Assembly (NCBI RefSeq): GCF_020745735.1
Contig: NC_083420.1
Coordinates: 76,027,465 to 76,091,464 of the forward strand
Reading direction: 5' to 3'
Source of the DNA: Hemiscyllium ocellatum
Taxonomy: Eukaryota
Length of the DNA stretch: 64,000 nucleotides
This document shows, piece by piece, positions 1 to 11,832 of the stretch (its first letter is position 1; every line of letters starts with the position of its first letter). Both the position numbers and the translations under genes were made by a program. The notes under the pieces were generated by a model. That model saw only the letters and a list, made by a program, of their open reading frames with translations. It ran no database searches and was not told the DNA's origin.

Positions 1-1164
1 CTCCATGCCCTTTGGTGTCCAGAGCAGCTACATTCTTGGTCCCATTCAGTGGCTTCCTGGGAAATGTCCTCCCTATGATTTTCCTGTCTCTTTCTTAAAT
101 GTTTCACACTGCTCTGACTCAGATTTACCAATAAGTGTCAGCTTCCAGTCCACTCTGGTTAAGTCATTACCTGATCTTACTAAAATTGTCCTTCCCCTTT
201 TCAGAACTTTGGGCCAATGTCTATTCCTTTGCAGTACAATCTGAAATCCAACTGATTTACGATCACTGTCTGCAAAGTGCACCACCATTGATGTTTTACC
301 CACTGGGTCGACTTCATTCCCAAAAGTTAAATTCAGGTTCACCCCTCTCTTGCAAGGTCTGGATTAAAATTCTCTGTATTAACACATACTTTGTTTAAAT
401 ATTCTCCTGGGGGCATTTTCAGAATTGTGCTCCCTCTAAACGTTTGACAAAATGAATATCCAAGCCTATGCTGAGGAAGTTAAAAACCTCTTTTCTCATT
501 CCCCTATTTAATTTACATATCTCTGAAATTTATCCATGTATTTGCACTTGGTCTTTTGGATGTATAGTAAGGTCTATCGTGCTCTCCCAGTAGTTATGTT
601 TGCTGTATTTTGGTTTTGAAGTACTGTCCATTTGCCTTTGTTCGAGGAGGTATCTATGATTTCATTTCTCTTTACAGCCTAAAATACTCTTGTCAGAATT
701 GTGACAGAAGCAACATTCCGTGCCGCAAACCCCTGCCCCCATCCTTTTCCATCTTTCCCTGTCTCGCCTGAAGGCACTAAATCCTGGAAAATTGAATAGC
801 CACTCCTGCCCCGCTCTCAATATGTCTCCGTGATAGCAACAGCATCATTTCCTCATTTATGTCGGTAATTCATCTGCCTTGATCATCAGACTCTGTCATT
901 AAAACGAATACCATCCAATGTTGCTATCTCCCTTCTGATGTTACCGGCCTATAGTTTCTATGCCTCCTTGACTCCCTTGCTGTGTCCTATAATTTTAGCC
1001 TTTCACATTGTCCTGATGATCTTTCTGTGTGGATCCCAGCTTCTCCAGCACTCTGCACAATTATGATTCTTGTATCCATTAATCACAAGAAACCTTGATA
1101 TATGAGAACTGATTGTATTTGTTATGAAATTCATCAGATAATTTATGCGATGTGTTTCCTAAAG

Positions 1165-1476
1165 GTACAGGTCCTCTCCCACCAACTCTTCTCCTAACTG
1201 TGAGCTCCAGTGAAGAAATCGCAAGCAGCAAGTTTGCAACTGTCGTTTGTTCAATCATCGATTTCCATCCGAAGGCAATCAACGTGACTTGGTTGAAAAA
1301 TGGCCGACGCTTGGATTCTGGCTTCATCACGTCTCCCGTGTGTGAGGCGAACGGGAACTTCTCGGTGACGAGTCGGCTGATGGTCCCTTATGGTGAATGG
1401 TACAACAGCGCAGTCTATACCTGCCAGGTCACTCACGAAGAGAACATTCAAAGTAAAAACATCACCGCACTCCAGG
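1165..1476 (+). CDS. IGHM: IgM heavy chain constant exon Cmu2 (copy A)
   Basis: C1-set Ig domain GPLPPTLLL...[21 protein letters not shown]...YTCQVTH. Acceptor ctaaAG|1165 (alternative cAG|1171), donor G|gtaag after 1476, phase 1. Confidence 0.93.
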
Positions 1477-1854
1477 GTAAGAGACACATACTGAGAGAGC
1501 TACAAATCACTCTGAACTCTGATGTGAATCAAACACACTAATTTATCAGGCGTAGTAAACAGCACGGTACAGCTTCTCGTTTCCCAGCATGTCACGTGTC
1601 TCATTTCAGTTTGAATGTTACATTAGCATTGCTCATAATTCAACATTTTGGCAAGTCAGAAAAGCATGTTTCCTCTCTGTTGAAGATAGATATATAGACA
1701 GTGAGCTTTGTTAAATAGTTTGTTAAATAGTTTGTTGCCTGACCATGCTGGGAGAAGCATTCAGAGTGATGAATCCTTGCCTGGTAGTGGCTTCAAGGAT
1801 AAGTTTGGGGGTGGAGGGGGGATATTGGAGAGATATCTAATTGAAACATAGAAA

Positions 1855-2090
1855 ATACTGAGAGACTGAGGTCGAGTGAATGTAAATAGATGTTTTGACT
1901 GGTAGGCGAGACTAGGACCCAAGGGCACAGTCTCAGGGTCAAAGGGGCACCGTTTAGAACTGAGATGGGGAGGAATTTCTTCAGCCAGAGGGTGATGAAT
2001 CTGTGGAACTTGTTGCTGCAGAGGGCTGTGGAGACCAGGCCATTGTGTATATTCAAGCCAGAGATGGATCGGTTCTTGTTTAGTGTGGGG
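1855..2090 (+). mobile_element. CR1-type LINE 3' fragment (copy B ~44642-44877)
   Basis: gggcacagtctcagg...tttagaactgagatg...aatttcttcagccagagggtg..aatctgtggaa is the recognisable CR1 RT C-terminus/3' end. Boundaries approximate. Confidence 0.7.
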
Positions 2091-3457
2091 AGAAGACCAT
2101 AGAATGGCTTTAGCCCAAATCTCGATTTTCCTGCTCGTCGGATGCTGCCTAACCTGCTGTGCTTTTCCAGCATCATTCTGATCTAAACTCTGGATTGGCC
2201 GAACAGCCTTATTCTGATCCTCTATCTTATGATGTTGTGGTCTCAAAATGACGTGGTTAAAATATGCAGTGACCCTAACTTGAAAATAAATCAAAATGCG
2301 TTCAATGCTTCACTCCCTGATCAGGAATGACCTGTTGGCCTTGGACATTGTACGACATCGATTTTTATCTGGTACTGAGCTCTTTAACTTCATTTATGGG
2401 ATCAGACCACAGACCAAGTGGGTATCACATTTGATGAACTGGGATAAACGTGATCTCACTGAGCCTCTTTAAGATGCTCTCTGTAAGTAGTGGATGAGGC
2501 AGGAGAATAAATTCTGGTAAGAATGCTACAATAGGGATGAATGAACGAGGAACTCGAGACAGGCTGATTTAGCCCGGTTTGGGGTGGCGATGTTTACACA
2601 GTGGGTAGTGGATGTCTATAAAATTAGTGTACATTTCCATCACGTTTGTAGATTAATTTAAGACGCTTTTGTTTGTTTTTTTGTTCTCCCCTGCTCTATG
2701 AAGAAATTAAAAAATGCAGCTTGGTAAATAAAGTGAAAGTACAGACCAGTCATGAACTAACTGAATGGAGGGAAAGACTTAAGGAGATGGGTGTCCTTCT
2801 CGATATCCAATGCTGTACTCAGTGCCTTGTTTTCAGATCTACTCCAAACTCAGCCCACGAGGAACAATGACATAAATTAGAGAATGACATCACACCAATA
2901 ACGCAAAGTATTTTTGATCACGTTAAATATAATGAACAGAATTTCCATGGATATTCACTGCTCCTGTAGCACTTTAGAACTCTGCAAAGAGAATAATTAT
3001 TATTTCTTATAATTTGTCCAAAATTTGGGATGTGATTTGTCAGTCAGCATGACCAGCAGCACTTGCACCTAAGGGTTATGAACATGGAAATGAACTCATT
3101 ATATTCAGATTACTCTTGTCACAAGTATCAATAGATGGTCTTAAGTGAGAGACAAACTCTGAAAGAAAGGTAATTCCATGGGTTACATCATGGTATCTTC
3201 GATGATTTTACTTTTTTCACAGCTTTCACTTGTTACAAAGCCAGTGTTCTTTCGGAATAATTACACAGGGTATGTCATAGGTAATCACAAATGCTTTCAC
3301 AAATCAAAATACATCAACAATAGTAAGCATTGTTTCAGCAATGGTTGGAGTTGCCATTTTGAAGGTGGTGTCTTCACCCTGTGAAGAAGTAATCTGAAGA
3401 TTGGGTGTTTGTATCATAAAGGGGCATTTTTCATTGACTTTGATTTTTGTTTCATAG

Positions 3458-3766
3458 AAGATACCGAGTGCCACCCTAACACCGTTAAAATCCTCCCACC
3501 GCCAGTCGAACAAGTCTTACTGGAGGCGACGGTGACGTTAACCTGCGTTGTGTCCAATTTTCCATCTGGAGTCAGCGTCACCTGGAAACATGAAAAGAAG
3601 TCTCTGAAATCAGAGATTGCTGACCAGCCTGGACAGAATCCCGACAGCGTGATCAGCAAATTAGACATTTCTACTGAAGCCTGGCTGAGTGGTGTTACTT
3701 TTGAATGTGTGGTGTACCATCAGAATCTACCGACTCCGCTGAGAGACTCCATCCACAAGGAGAAAG
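3458..3766 (+). CDS. IGHM: IgM heavy chain constant exon Cmu3 (copy A)
   Basis: [32 protein letters not shown]...VTW...[22 protein letters not shown]. Acceptor tAG|3458 (NAGNAG alternative 3461), donor G|gtgag after 3766. Confidence 0.93.
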
Positions 3767-4213
3767 GTGAGCGGTGAGATTAAAACACACAGCATCCCAT
3801 GTGTAATCCAGATCCAGTTACATCAATGGCAGGCTTTGATTGGTAATGAACAAACACCGTTGGGAGCATTTATGATGCATCTGAAGGCAGGATAACTAAG
3901 TAGCTGATTAAGAAAAAGATGGACCAAAGGATATTGTATTCTGATTAAGTCAGATAAGGTGGGAAGAAACCTGGGTTGTGATGTCACCATCAGCAATGAC
4001 AGTTGGACAGAATGCCCTTGTTGTGGGCTGGAAACATGGAGGCAACTTTCACATTAAACTTTACTTTTTTTACTGAACAGAATGTGTACTCTTTTAGAAA
4101 ACGAAAGTGAATAAATCCCAAATTAAAAATGGCATATTTTAATATTGAGTGAAATTGTGATATTGGTTCAGGATGTTTTTGATTGATTTATATTTGTCTC
4201 AAATATTCTGCAG

Positions 4214-4605
4214 TGATTAATCCGCTGGAGCCATCAGTGTCGGTCCTCCTGCCACCAACAGAAGAAATCTCCGCTCAGAGGTTTCTCTCCCTCACCTGTT
4301 TAGTGAGAGGTTTCTCCCCCCGAGAGATCTTCGTCAAGTGGACAAACAATGACCAGCCGGTGAATCCCAGTAACTACAAGAACACCGAGGTGATGGCAGA
4401 GAGTGACAACACTTCCTTCTTCATCTACAGCCTGTTATCCATTACAGCGGAGGAGTGGGCCAGCGGTGCTTCTTACTCCTGTGTGGTGGGACATGAAGCG
4501 ATTCCATTGAAGATCATCAACAGAACAGTCGATAAATCCAGCGGTAAACCGAGTTTCGTAAACATTTCACTTGCACTGATGGACACTGTTAATTCATGTC
4601 AATAA
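4214..4605 (+). CDS. IGHM: IgM heavy chain Cmu4 plus secretory tailpiece (copy A)
   Basis: [18 protein letters not shown]...[17 protein letters not shown]...YSCVVGHE...KSS|[20 protein letters not shown]. Tailpiece has the N-glycan site (NIS) and penultimate Cys. Internal donor G|gtaaa after 4543 for the membrane form. Confidence 0.95.
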
Positions 4606-4647
4606 AAATCTCAAAGTTGCATTTAATAATTCAACAGAAGTAATAAA
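4601..4647 (+). terminator. Secretory-form poly(A) signals (AATAAA 4601-4606 overlapping the stop codon; AATAAA 4642-4647); copy B 47388-47434
   Basis: Two canonical hexamers directly after the tailpiece, followed by a T-rich stretch. Which is used is not determinable here. Confidence 0.65.
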
Positions 4648-5769
4648 GTTTCTTTTTCCTCCAGTTGTGAGTTAAATACTGAATGTTTCTCACTCTGACT
4701 TACATTCCATCGGTGTAGTTAAAGTGGGTTATTAACAGGTCTAGGACAAGTGTCTTGTGCAGTTAATGTTCTCTGCTCAGATACACCCTGGGTCAGAGAC
4801 AGAGTAAAGCTCACTCATTGCAGGATTCCGCCAAGTCCCTTGTCCATCTTAAATCCCTCTGTGACAAAATCTGACAATGTCCATTTTATGTCAAGGGTAG
4901 AGCACGAGTTTTGAACTTGGTGTTCTTGATTCCCCTGATTGGACATTCTTATAAAATTCATGTCAGTTTTAAACTGCCACATTGCACCAATTGGAAATGT
5001 AAATTTAAGACACTTTAAAATTAAATTTGATTGGAACATACCAATCGTAAAGAGTGCAGAACAGTTTGAATGTAACCGTTGTTTCTGGGGAACTGCCAGG
5101 GATCTTGCGCCAGCGCATGAGTTGACAGAATGTAGCTTCACTTTCACACCAAAGAGAATCGACAGATAAGTTGTCGTGGAGCAGAGGGGAGGGGAACGAT
5201 GAATGATCTGTCCTCTTGCTCCCTGTGCAGAGTTTTCATGGTAGATGTCCTCTGTAATGTAACCCAGTTACTAACAGGAACAGTCAGCTTCTTGCTTACT
5301 GTCCAAAGATTGAACATTTCCATGCAAAATAATACCTTTGAAACATGTTGGACACGCTTGGCTCTGTTAACAAATGATTAACATTGATTCCCCTAATCCA
5401 AAACTGGTGTTTGCATTGTCCCGGTTTGAATTCTGTAGTTTTGTCTCAGTTTACTGGAGCACATGGGATCAATTCTGGTATTCGAATACCTGGTATCATT
5501 TTGTTTCACATACAGAACACAAGTAGACATTTTCTAATAAACATATTCAGAAATGTTATCTCTGGGGCAGTGGGGATTTGAACTCACGCCTTTTCTCTCA
5601 GAGACAGAAATTCTATCACTGCAACAGAAGAGTTGCTCATAAAACGCTTATCTCTTCACGACGATGGGAAATGTTTCCTACAACACCAAGGTCAAATCTA
5701 ATTATAGGCAATCCATTAAAATTAGAACAATAAATTAGAATAATAAAAATTGCAGTCTGGTATAAGAAC

Positions 5770-6900
5770 AGATACAGAGAGATGATCGCAAATACACACG
5801 GAATGACACATATATGGGCTCTCACCTAAAGACACATATTGATGTGCACACTCAAATGTGCATACAGATAAGATGTCACACACGCATACTCGCACAGAGC
5901 CACACATGCAAGTGGTACTTGAACACTTACCTAAGCTCATACAAAAACTCACATACACCGAAAGAAAATTATTTGCACAAATGATCAGGGGTACTCACAC
6001 ATAACCATATAGACACACGGTAACACACAAATGGGCATGAATACATATACATTCATACAGCACAATGCATACAGACATACACGCATGAACACACAGATAT
6101 AAATTCCAAAAAATGTCCTCCCACATGTCAACTCATACAGGCACGTAAGTGCACAGAGATAAACATTAATATCATTATTTTCCCATTTTCAGAATCACAA
6201 ACATACGATGACAGAGGCAGCTTAATTAGTTATTTTTAAACCACATTGATCAGCATGTATACAATGTCACACGTACACACAAATTCCGAGTCTCACATGC
6301 AGACACACAAATGCACAGATCAATAAATAGAGGGGCGTTTATTAAATAAGGATAATGAACACAGGCATCAGCAAGCATCCACAACCACTAACACAAACAA
6401 GCTTCTCAGGAGATGGTTTGGGAAAGATTGCCACACAAGCAGACATCATCATATAAATATAAACATCCATCAAAACATGACGTTGCATGCTAACATTTAT
6501 TAAGCATAACATGAAAATAACCTAGTTTAGGTAGGACCTGAAACAGACACATAAGCACACATTTTAGATAGCACTAATGAAAAGTGAACACTCACAAAGA
6601 CATTACAAGATAAGCATAGGCAGCAATGAAGTGGCATATTCGCATAATGATGCTTACACAATGTGAAAAGACCAAAATTTCGGTGCACAAACACATGATA
6701 ACACTAGCAGTAAAGGAACAGGAATATGTTTATTCATGCACAGACTCCAACATGGGCAAGAGTGAAGTAAGAGGCACTCATAACCACATACACAACCATT
6801 AAAGGGAAACCAAACACACCAAGCAGTAGGTCAAATAAATTAAGGGACACTTGTACAAAAACTTATTCCTAAATATACAGATCCTACAAACAAAAATATG
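5770..6900 (+). repeat. CA-rich degenerate low-complexity tract in the Cmu4-TM1 intron (copy B ~48557-49687)
   Basis: Dense acac/cacat/acaca motifs on the + strand over ~1.1 kb, with no clean period. Confidence 0.7.
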
Positions 6901-7364
6901 AAGCAATGTCCTGACTGTGATGTCACTTATATTCACGATTTGCCAAGCAAATTGGTCACCAATACATAAAGGTGAGAATCACATTTGAACTTTTATTCAG
7001 TAATTGCCACAATTTTCAACTAAAGTGCTGTCACAGCCTATATTTAAAATATAATGATATAATTAAACTAATCATTCATAATAAGCATTCCTCAAGTAAT
7101 AATATCCTTAAATAATAGATTAAAAGAAAAATAATTTAAAACATTCTGACATGGACAATGAAGAAAGAACATGTGCAGTCAGTATTTGTAATTTCTTGCT
7201 GAGAGTCAATAATGCACTGATGGATACAGATAAGAGTCACACTTGAGAAATACCTGACTGCTTTATGAAGATGTAATGGTCTCTAATTACATGACTTGGA
7301 TACACATAGATCGATCTGGATCAATAAACGATCTAAATGCGTTCTCTCGGCTTTATATTCATAG

Positions 7365-7492
7365 ATTCAATAGATCGCACTTGGATTGAAGACTATGAGG
7401 ATGATAACAGCAACATCTGGACAACTGCTTCCACGTTCATCACCTTGTTCTTCCTGAGTATTTTCTACAGCGCTGCCGTCACTCTGGTGAAG
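7365..7492 (+). CDS. IGHM: IgM transmembrane exon TM1 (copy A)
   Basis: DSIDRTWIEDYEDDNSNIWTTASTFITLFFLSIFYSAAVTLVK: acidic spacer plus CART-type TM motif. Acceptor catAG|7365, donor AAG|gtgag. Confidence 0.93.
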
Positions 7493-7631
7493 GTGAGAAT
7501 AATCACATCTTTCTCATGCCAAACAGCCCAATATGTTTTGTGAAATCTCTAAGTGTGCCATTGAATAAACATTAAATCTGAAAGTCCCTGATCATAAATA
7601 TCTGTGTCATTGCTTTATCTCTCTTTTCCAG

Positions 7632-7640
7632 GTTAAGTGA
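7632..7640 (+). CDS. IGHM: IgM TM2 exon (VK-stop, copy A)
   Basis: ctcttttccAG|GTT AAG TGA gives the canonical KVK cytoplasmic tail. AATAAA at 8070-8075 is a plausible membrane-form poly(A) signal. Confidence 0.88.
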   Translation, partial: VK

Positions 7641-9939
7641 ATGAGTTGTGAACCCCTGTGATTTTCCTGATCTGCTTATCAAGGTCTCTGAATTCCCAAT
7701 CTACAATCTGTCCTGTTGCTGACTCTCACAGTGAGATCACTTCAGTTTATCAGTGTGTAACTGAGACAATAATTGATGGATTTTCGTTTTTACTTTGATA
7801 TCTTTGAAATGGTTGTGGTTGGAAGAATTTGTAGCTTCCCTGTTGTTTGAAGCCCATTTGTTTTGTTTTTATTTGTTCCTTACTCAGAATGGTTGCCTAC
7901 CCTTTCTGATGAGCCTTTGTATTCCCTTTCTTGTGACTGTTACTGATGTACAGAAAATTCCCACCTCACAGCGCATGTGTTCTCATCTCAATGTGGCACC
8001 CAGCCATTATATTCACTTCTGTTAGCTTTTACATCAACTTTTTGGATAAAAATGCTTTCTGAAATGGTTAATAAATCTCGAATGAATATGCACTAACCTT
8101 GAGTTTGCTTAATTCTTTCTTCAAGGCCAGTCAGTAATCATACATTTTCCCACATCCTACTCCTTTCCCAGCCAAATACTTTCATTTGTTCTGTTTGGTT
8201 GTATTTCATTCAGTCATTTAGTTTAATGTTGCGCTGCCATGCCGCCCACTAATATAAATACATCTTTCACACGATATGCCTGATGGAACACTCCAGAGGC
8301 AGAATGATTAGAGAACATTTCCTCTTATGCACCAAAGGTCACGGCCTCGGGTCACGTAATGATACAAATGAGGAGCTTTGCTCCACCAGAAGCCTATAAA
8401 AGGCAGGCAAAGGAGTTTGAAAGTTTACTCTACACCGTCTAAACTACATGTACTCCCAATGTCCGGACAGCCTGGGTTAGTAATGCATAACTCGCCACCT
8501 AAAGCGCCCAACGAAGCATTCATCAGCCAAAAATGTCAACGTTCTGTCAAATAGTCAGACACAACACGTGCACAATCCAAGGGCGGATTCTCAGAACTGG
8601 AGTTTTTCTCACACATAAATCTCATGGAGCACAATTCCTGGGATCTATATGACACACCACACCTGTGAAATCCCAGGGAATGAGACTGGGATCTATCTGA
8701 TACAGGGATATTACTGAACAGCAACCCTCAAAAATAATAAATCAGAGGTCGATGTTGATCAGGCAAGTCAGAGCTCATGAGTCCCTGAAATATTCAGCCA
8801 TTGGGATCTATATGATGCAAGACGGAGTTGGGAACCAATCATAGCAACTGTTCACAGAGTCTGGGAACTATCAGCAGAGGAGAACATTCTCAATTTCTCA
8901 GAGTTGGTGAGGTGTATCATCCCGGGAATAGTGTTGTGAATCAGTCACGCACCCAATCTCATAATTTTGCCTTTTGTCAAAAACGTGGCCCCTGAGACGA
9001 GATGCAACATTCCAGGTGAGACAAGAGACTGTTTGATTTCATTTCAACATAATTGCTTTGTGTTTGTTCTCTACGGTGTTATTGATGAAGTAGGGTTTAG
9101 TTGCTCTTCTGTCCACGTGTCATGGTACATTCCCTGATTTGTGCACATACACATGGAGGATCCTCTGCTCCTTCACCCCCTTTGGGTTTACCCCCTTACT
9201 ATTGTATGTTCCCCTGAGTTCATCACAAAACAAAGAAGCACGTCACCCCTCCCTGAGACGGAGATCTATCTGACACACCGATATTAATGAATAACAATCC
9301 TCAAAAATGATCAATCACAGGTTGATTTCGATCAGAGAAGACAAAGATCAGAAGTTCTGGAAACCCTGCTGCTTTCCATGTCCTTTCCCACAACCCCTCT
9401 GTCAAACTTGATGCTCTTAGCTGTTCTTCCAATATCCTAACATTTTACCTTAAATTGCTGTTAATATTTTTCTGTAATTTTGCATGATGGACCAAAGCAC
9501 AGGTTGGTACAACAAGGACTCCAAACACTGAACTCTGAGAACGTACACAGTAAGGCAGCCTACATTCTGTAACAGCAAACACCCGTTAACAAATGGTTGG
9601 CAAGTACAAAACAGCGGGTGAGATTAACTTGAACTCATCAAAATAAAAGGAAAGTACTCTGGAGGTACAGCGGTGTAGGCAAGAGCTGGGCAGACAGAGT
9701 GGAGTTCGTTTTTTTAAATTCTTGTTTAGATCCAGAATTTTTTTCCACACAATGTAACCTTTTATTTCCCATCACCCAAGTCCCCCACAGTCTCTTTATT
9801 TTCTGCTACTAACCATCACCAGTAAATTGAATAATTTATGTTCAAAGCCCCTCCCACCATCAAAGATACGGCAGAAGTAGGAAGAGCTAGAAGGAGATTG
9901 GAGTCATTTTTTCTTGTGGTGATACATTACTGCTGTTCT

Positions 9940-10795
9940 AACACAAGGTATTTCTGAGGGATGGTCCAGTGAAGCTATGTGGATGGAACTCATAAATAAG
10001 AAGGGCATGGTTACTTTGATGCAATTGTAATAGTCCCCCCAGTAGTCAGAGTGAAATTGAGTAATGAATATGTGGAGAGATCTTATTTATATGTAAGAAT
10101 AATAGGATTGCAATAATCGCAAATTTTAACCTTCCAAACATAAAGTGGGACAGTCATGGTCTTAAGAGCTTGGATGGTGAGGAATTTGGTAAGTGCTAAA
10201 GTCAATTTTCTTCATTAATATGCAGATGTAACTCTCACAGAAGGAGCAAACCTGACCTACTCTTGTGATATAAGGCAGGACAAGTGACTGAATGGTTAGT
10301 AGGGGAGCTTTTTGGGGCCCGGGTCATATTTCGATTAGTTTAAAATATCTATGGAAAGGATTGGCATTATATATAAGTTAAAGTTCTTAATTGAACTAGG
10401 GCAAATTTTGATAGTATGAGACAAAAACTTTCAAGAGTTGATTGGAGTAGACTGTTTGCAGCTCAAGGGACGGCCGGCAAGAGTGAAGCTTTCAGAAGTG
10501 AGATAACGAGAGTTCGGAGGTATGATGTTCCTGTTAGTGTGAAGATAAGGCTGGTAAGAGGAGGGAACACTGGAGGAATAAAGATATTGAGGCTCTGGTT
10601 CAGATTAAGAATGAATCATATATTAGATATAGATAAGTGAGATTCAGTGAATCTCGAAGAGTAAAAGAGGGGCAGGGACATTCTAAAGAGGGAAATGAGG
10701 AGGGCAAGAAAGGAAAATGAGATAGCCTTGGCAGATAATGTTAAAGATAATCCAAAGAGATTCGACTAGTACATTAAGAGCAAAGGGGTAGATCA
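9940..10795 (+). mobile_element. Degenerate CR1-type LINE ORF2 fragment (endonuclease/tether; copy B ~52730-53585)
   Basis: Remnants such as ttttaaccttccaaacataaagtggga (FNLPNIKW) and aaagataatccaaagagattc...attaagagcaaa (KDNPKRF..YIKSK). Frameshifted. Confidence 0.65.
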
Positions 10796-10796
10796 C

Positions 10797-11245
10797 AGAG
10801 TCATAGAGATGTACAACTTGGAAACAGATCTTTCAGTCTCACTTGCCCATGCTGACCAGATATCCTAAACTAATCTAGTCCCATTTGCCAGTACTTGGCC
10901 CATATCCCTCTCAACCCTTCCTATTCTTATACACACTCAGATGCCTTTTAAATGTTGAAATTGCACCAGCCTCCACCACTTCCTCTGGCAGTTCATTCCA
11001 TACACACCACCCTCTGCATGAAAAAGTTACTCCTTAGGTACTTTCAACTTTTCCCCCTCTCACTCTAAACCTAGGAGCGGAGAGGTTAGATGAGACTCCA
11101 CCCATCTCAGGGAAAAAACCTTGCCTATTCACTGTATCCATGCCTCTGATGATTTTATAAGCCTTTATAAAGTCACCCCTCAGCTTCCAACGCTCCAGAG
11201 AAATCAACCCCAGCCTATTCAGCCTCTCCCTATATAACTCTACAT
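10797..11245 (-). mobile_element. CR1-type LINE 3' end, minus strand (copy B ~53585-54035)
   Basis: Begins with the tail cacagagtcatagagatgtaca, then the reverse complement of the CR1 3' region. Confidence 0.7.
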
Positions 11246-11832
11246 GGCTGTGAATATGTATAAGCCTAGAGGATTGGCTTCATAATCATGTTGCATTTAA
11301 TATAAATGTTGTTTTTTAAATTATCATTTAGTTTAAAATGTAGGATGGGTGCCTTTTCAATTTATGGTGTGTATGGAAAGACCTGGAAAATAAACTACAA
11401 CAAAAAAAATGGACAAAAAGTTATTGTACTACAGATAGTGCACCATATCATTCGTGTAAAAAATAATTCCCTGTTTTGACCGTGAAGTTAATAGAGTCTA
11501 TTAATTAGTCCTGTGTTTGTAATAATTTTCATCTATCTGTCATTCTACATTTAGTTGTTGTAGTTAATGTGTGGATTACTGCACCTCTCTAAAAATTCAA
11601 AACAAAGTAAAGTAAAACTGCAAATTAAATATTGCATCTAATTACGACAAAAAAATTAGCAATACAATGACATGAAATTGGAAAGGAATGTTGAAATGTA
11701 GCCAATTCTGAGGACTACAAGAAGTTGCAAGAGATCATTAATTAATTTACGGTATGTTCAAATAATTAGCAAATGAAGATCCACACAGATAAAGGTAAGG
11801 TATTACATCTTGGTAGGAATAATGTGCAAGGC

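Noticed and set aside
1707-1736. 12-bp tandem repeat tttgttaaatag x2.5
   Set aside because: Ordinary slippage duplication.
1761-2294. 177-aa minus-strand ORF (and twin 44548-45081)
   Set aside because: Antisense reading across a CR1 3' fragment and a pLTR fragment; no recognisable domain. Its recurrence is explained by the duplication.
1079-3668. Minus-strand ORFs overlapping C exons (1079-1330, 1251-1487, 3414-3668 and copy-B twins)
   Set aside because: Shadow frames of the Ig exons.
5911-5949. Nonamer-like ACAAAAACT (5941; also ~6853, ~10420) as cryptic RSS
   Set aside because: For 5941 there is no CACAGTG-like heptamer at 12- or 23-bp spacing; the others lie in low-complexity or LINE sequence far from any V/D/J segment.
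8495-8535. CTGATGA on the minus strand as another hammerhead
   Set aside because: No downstream stem II plus GAAA arrangement.
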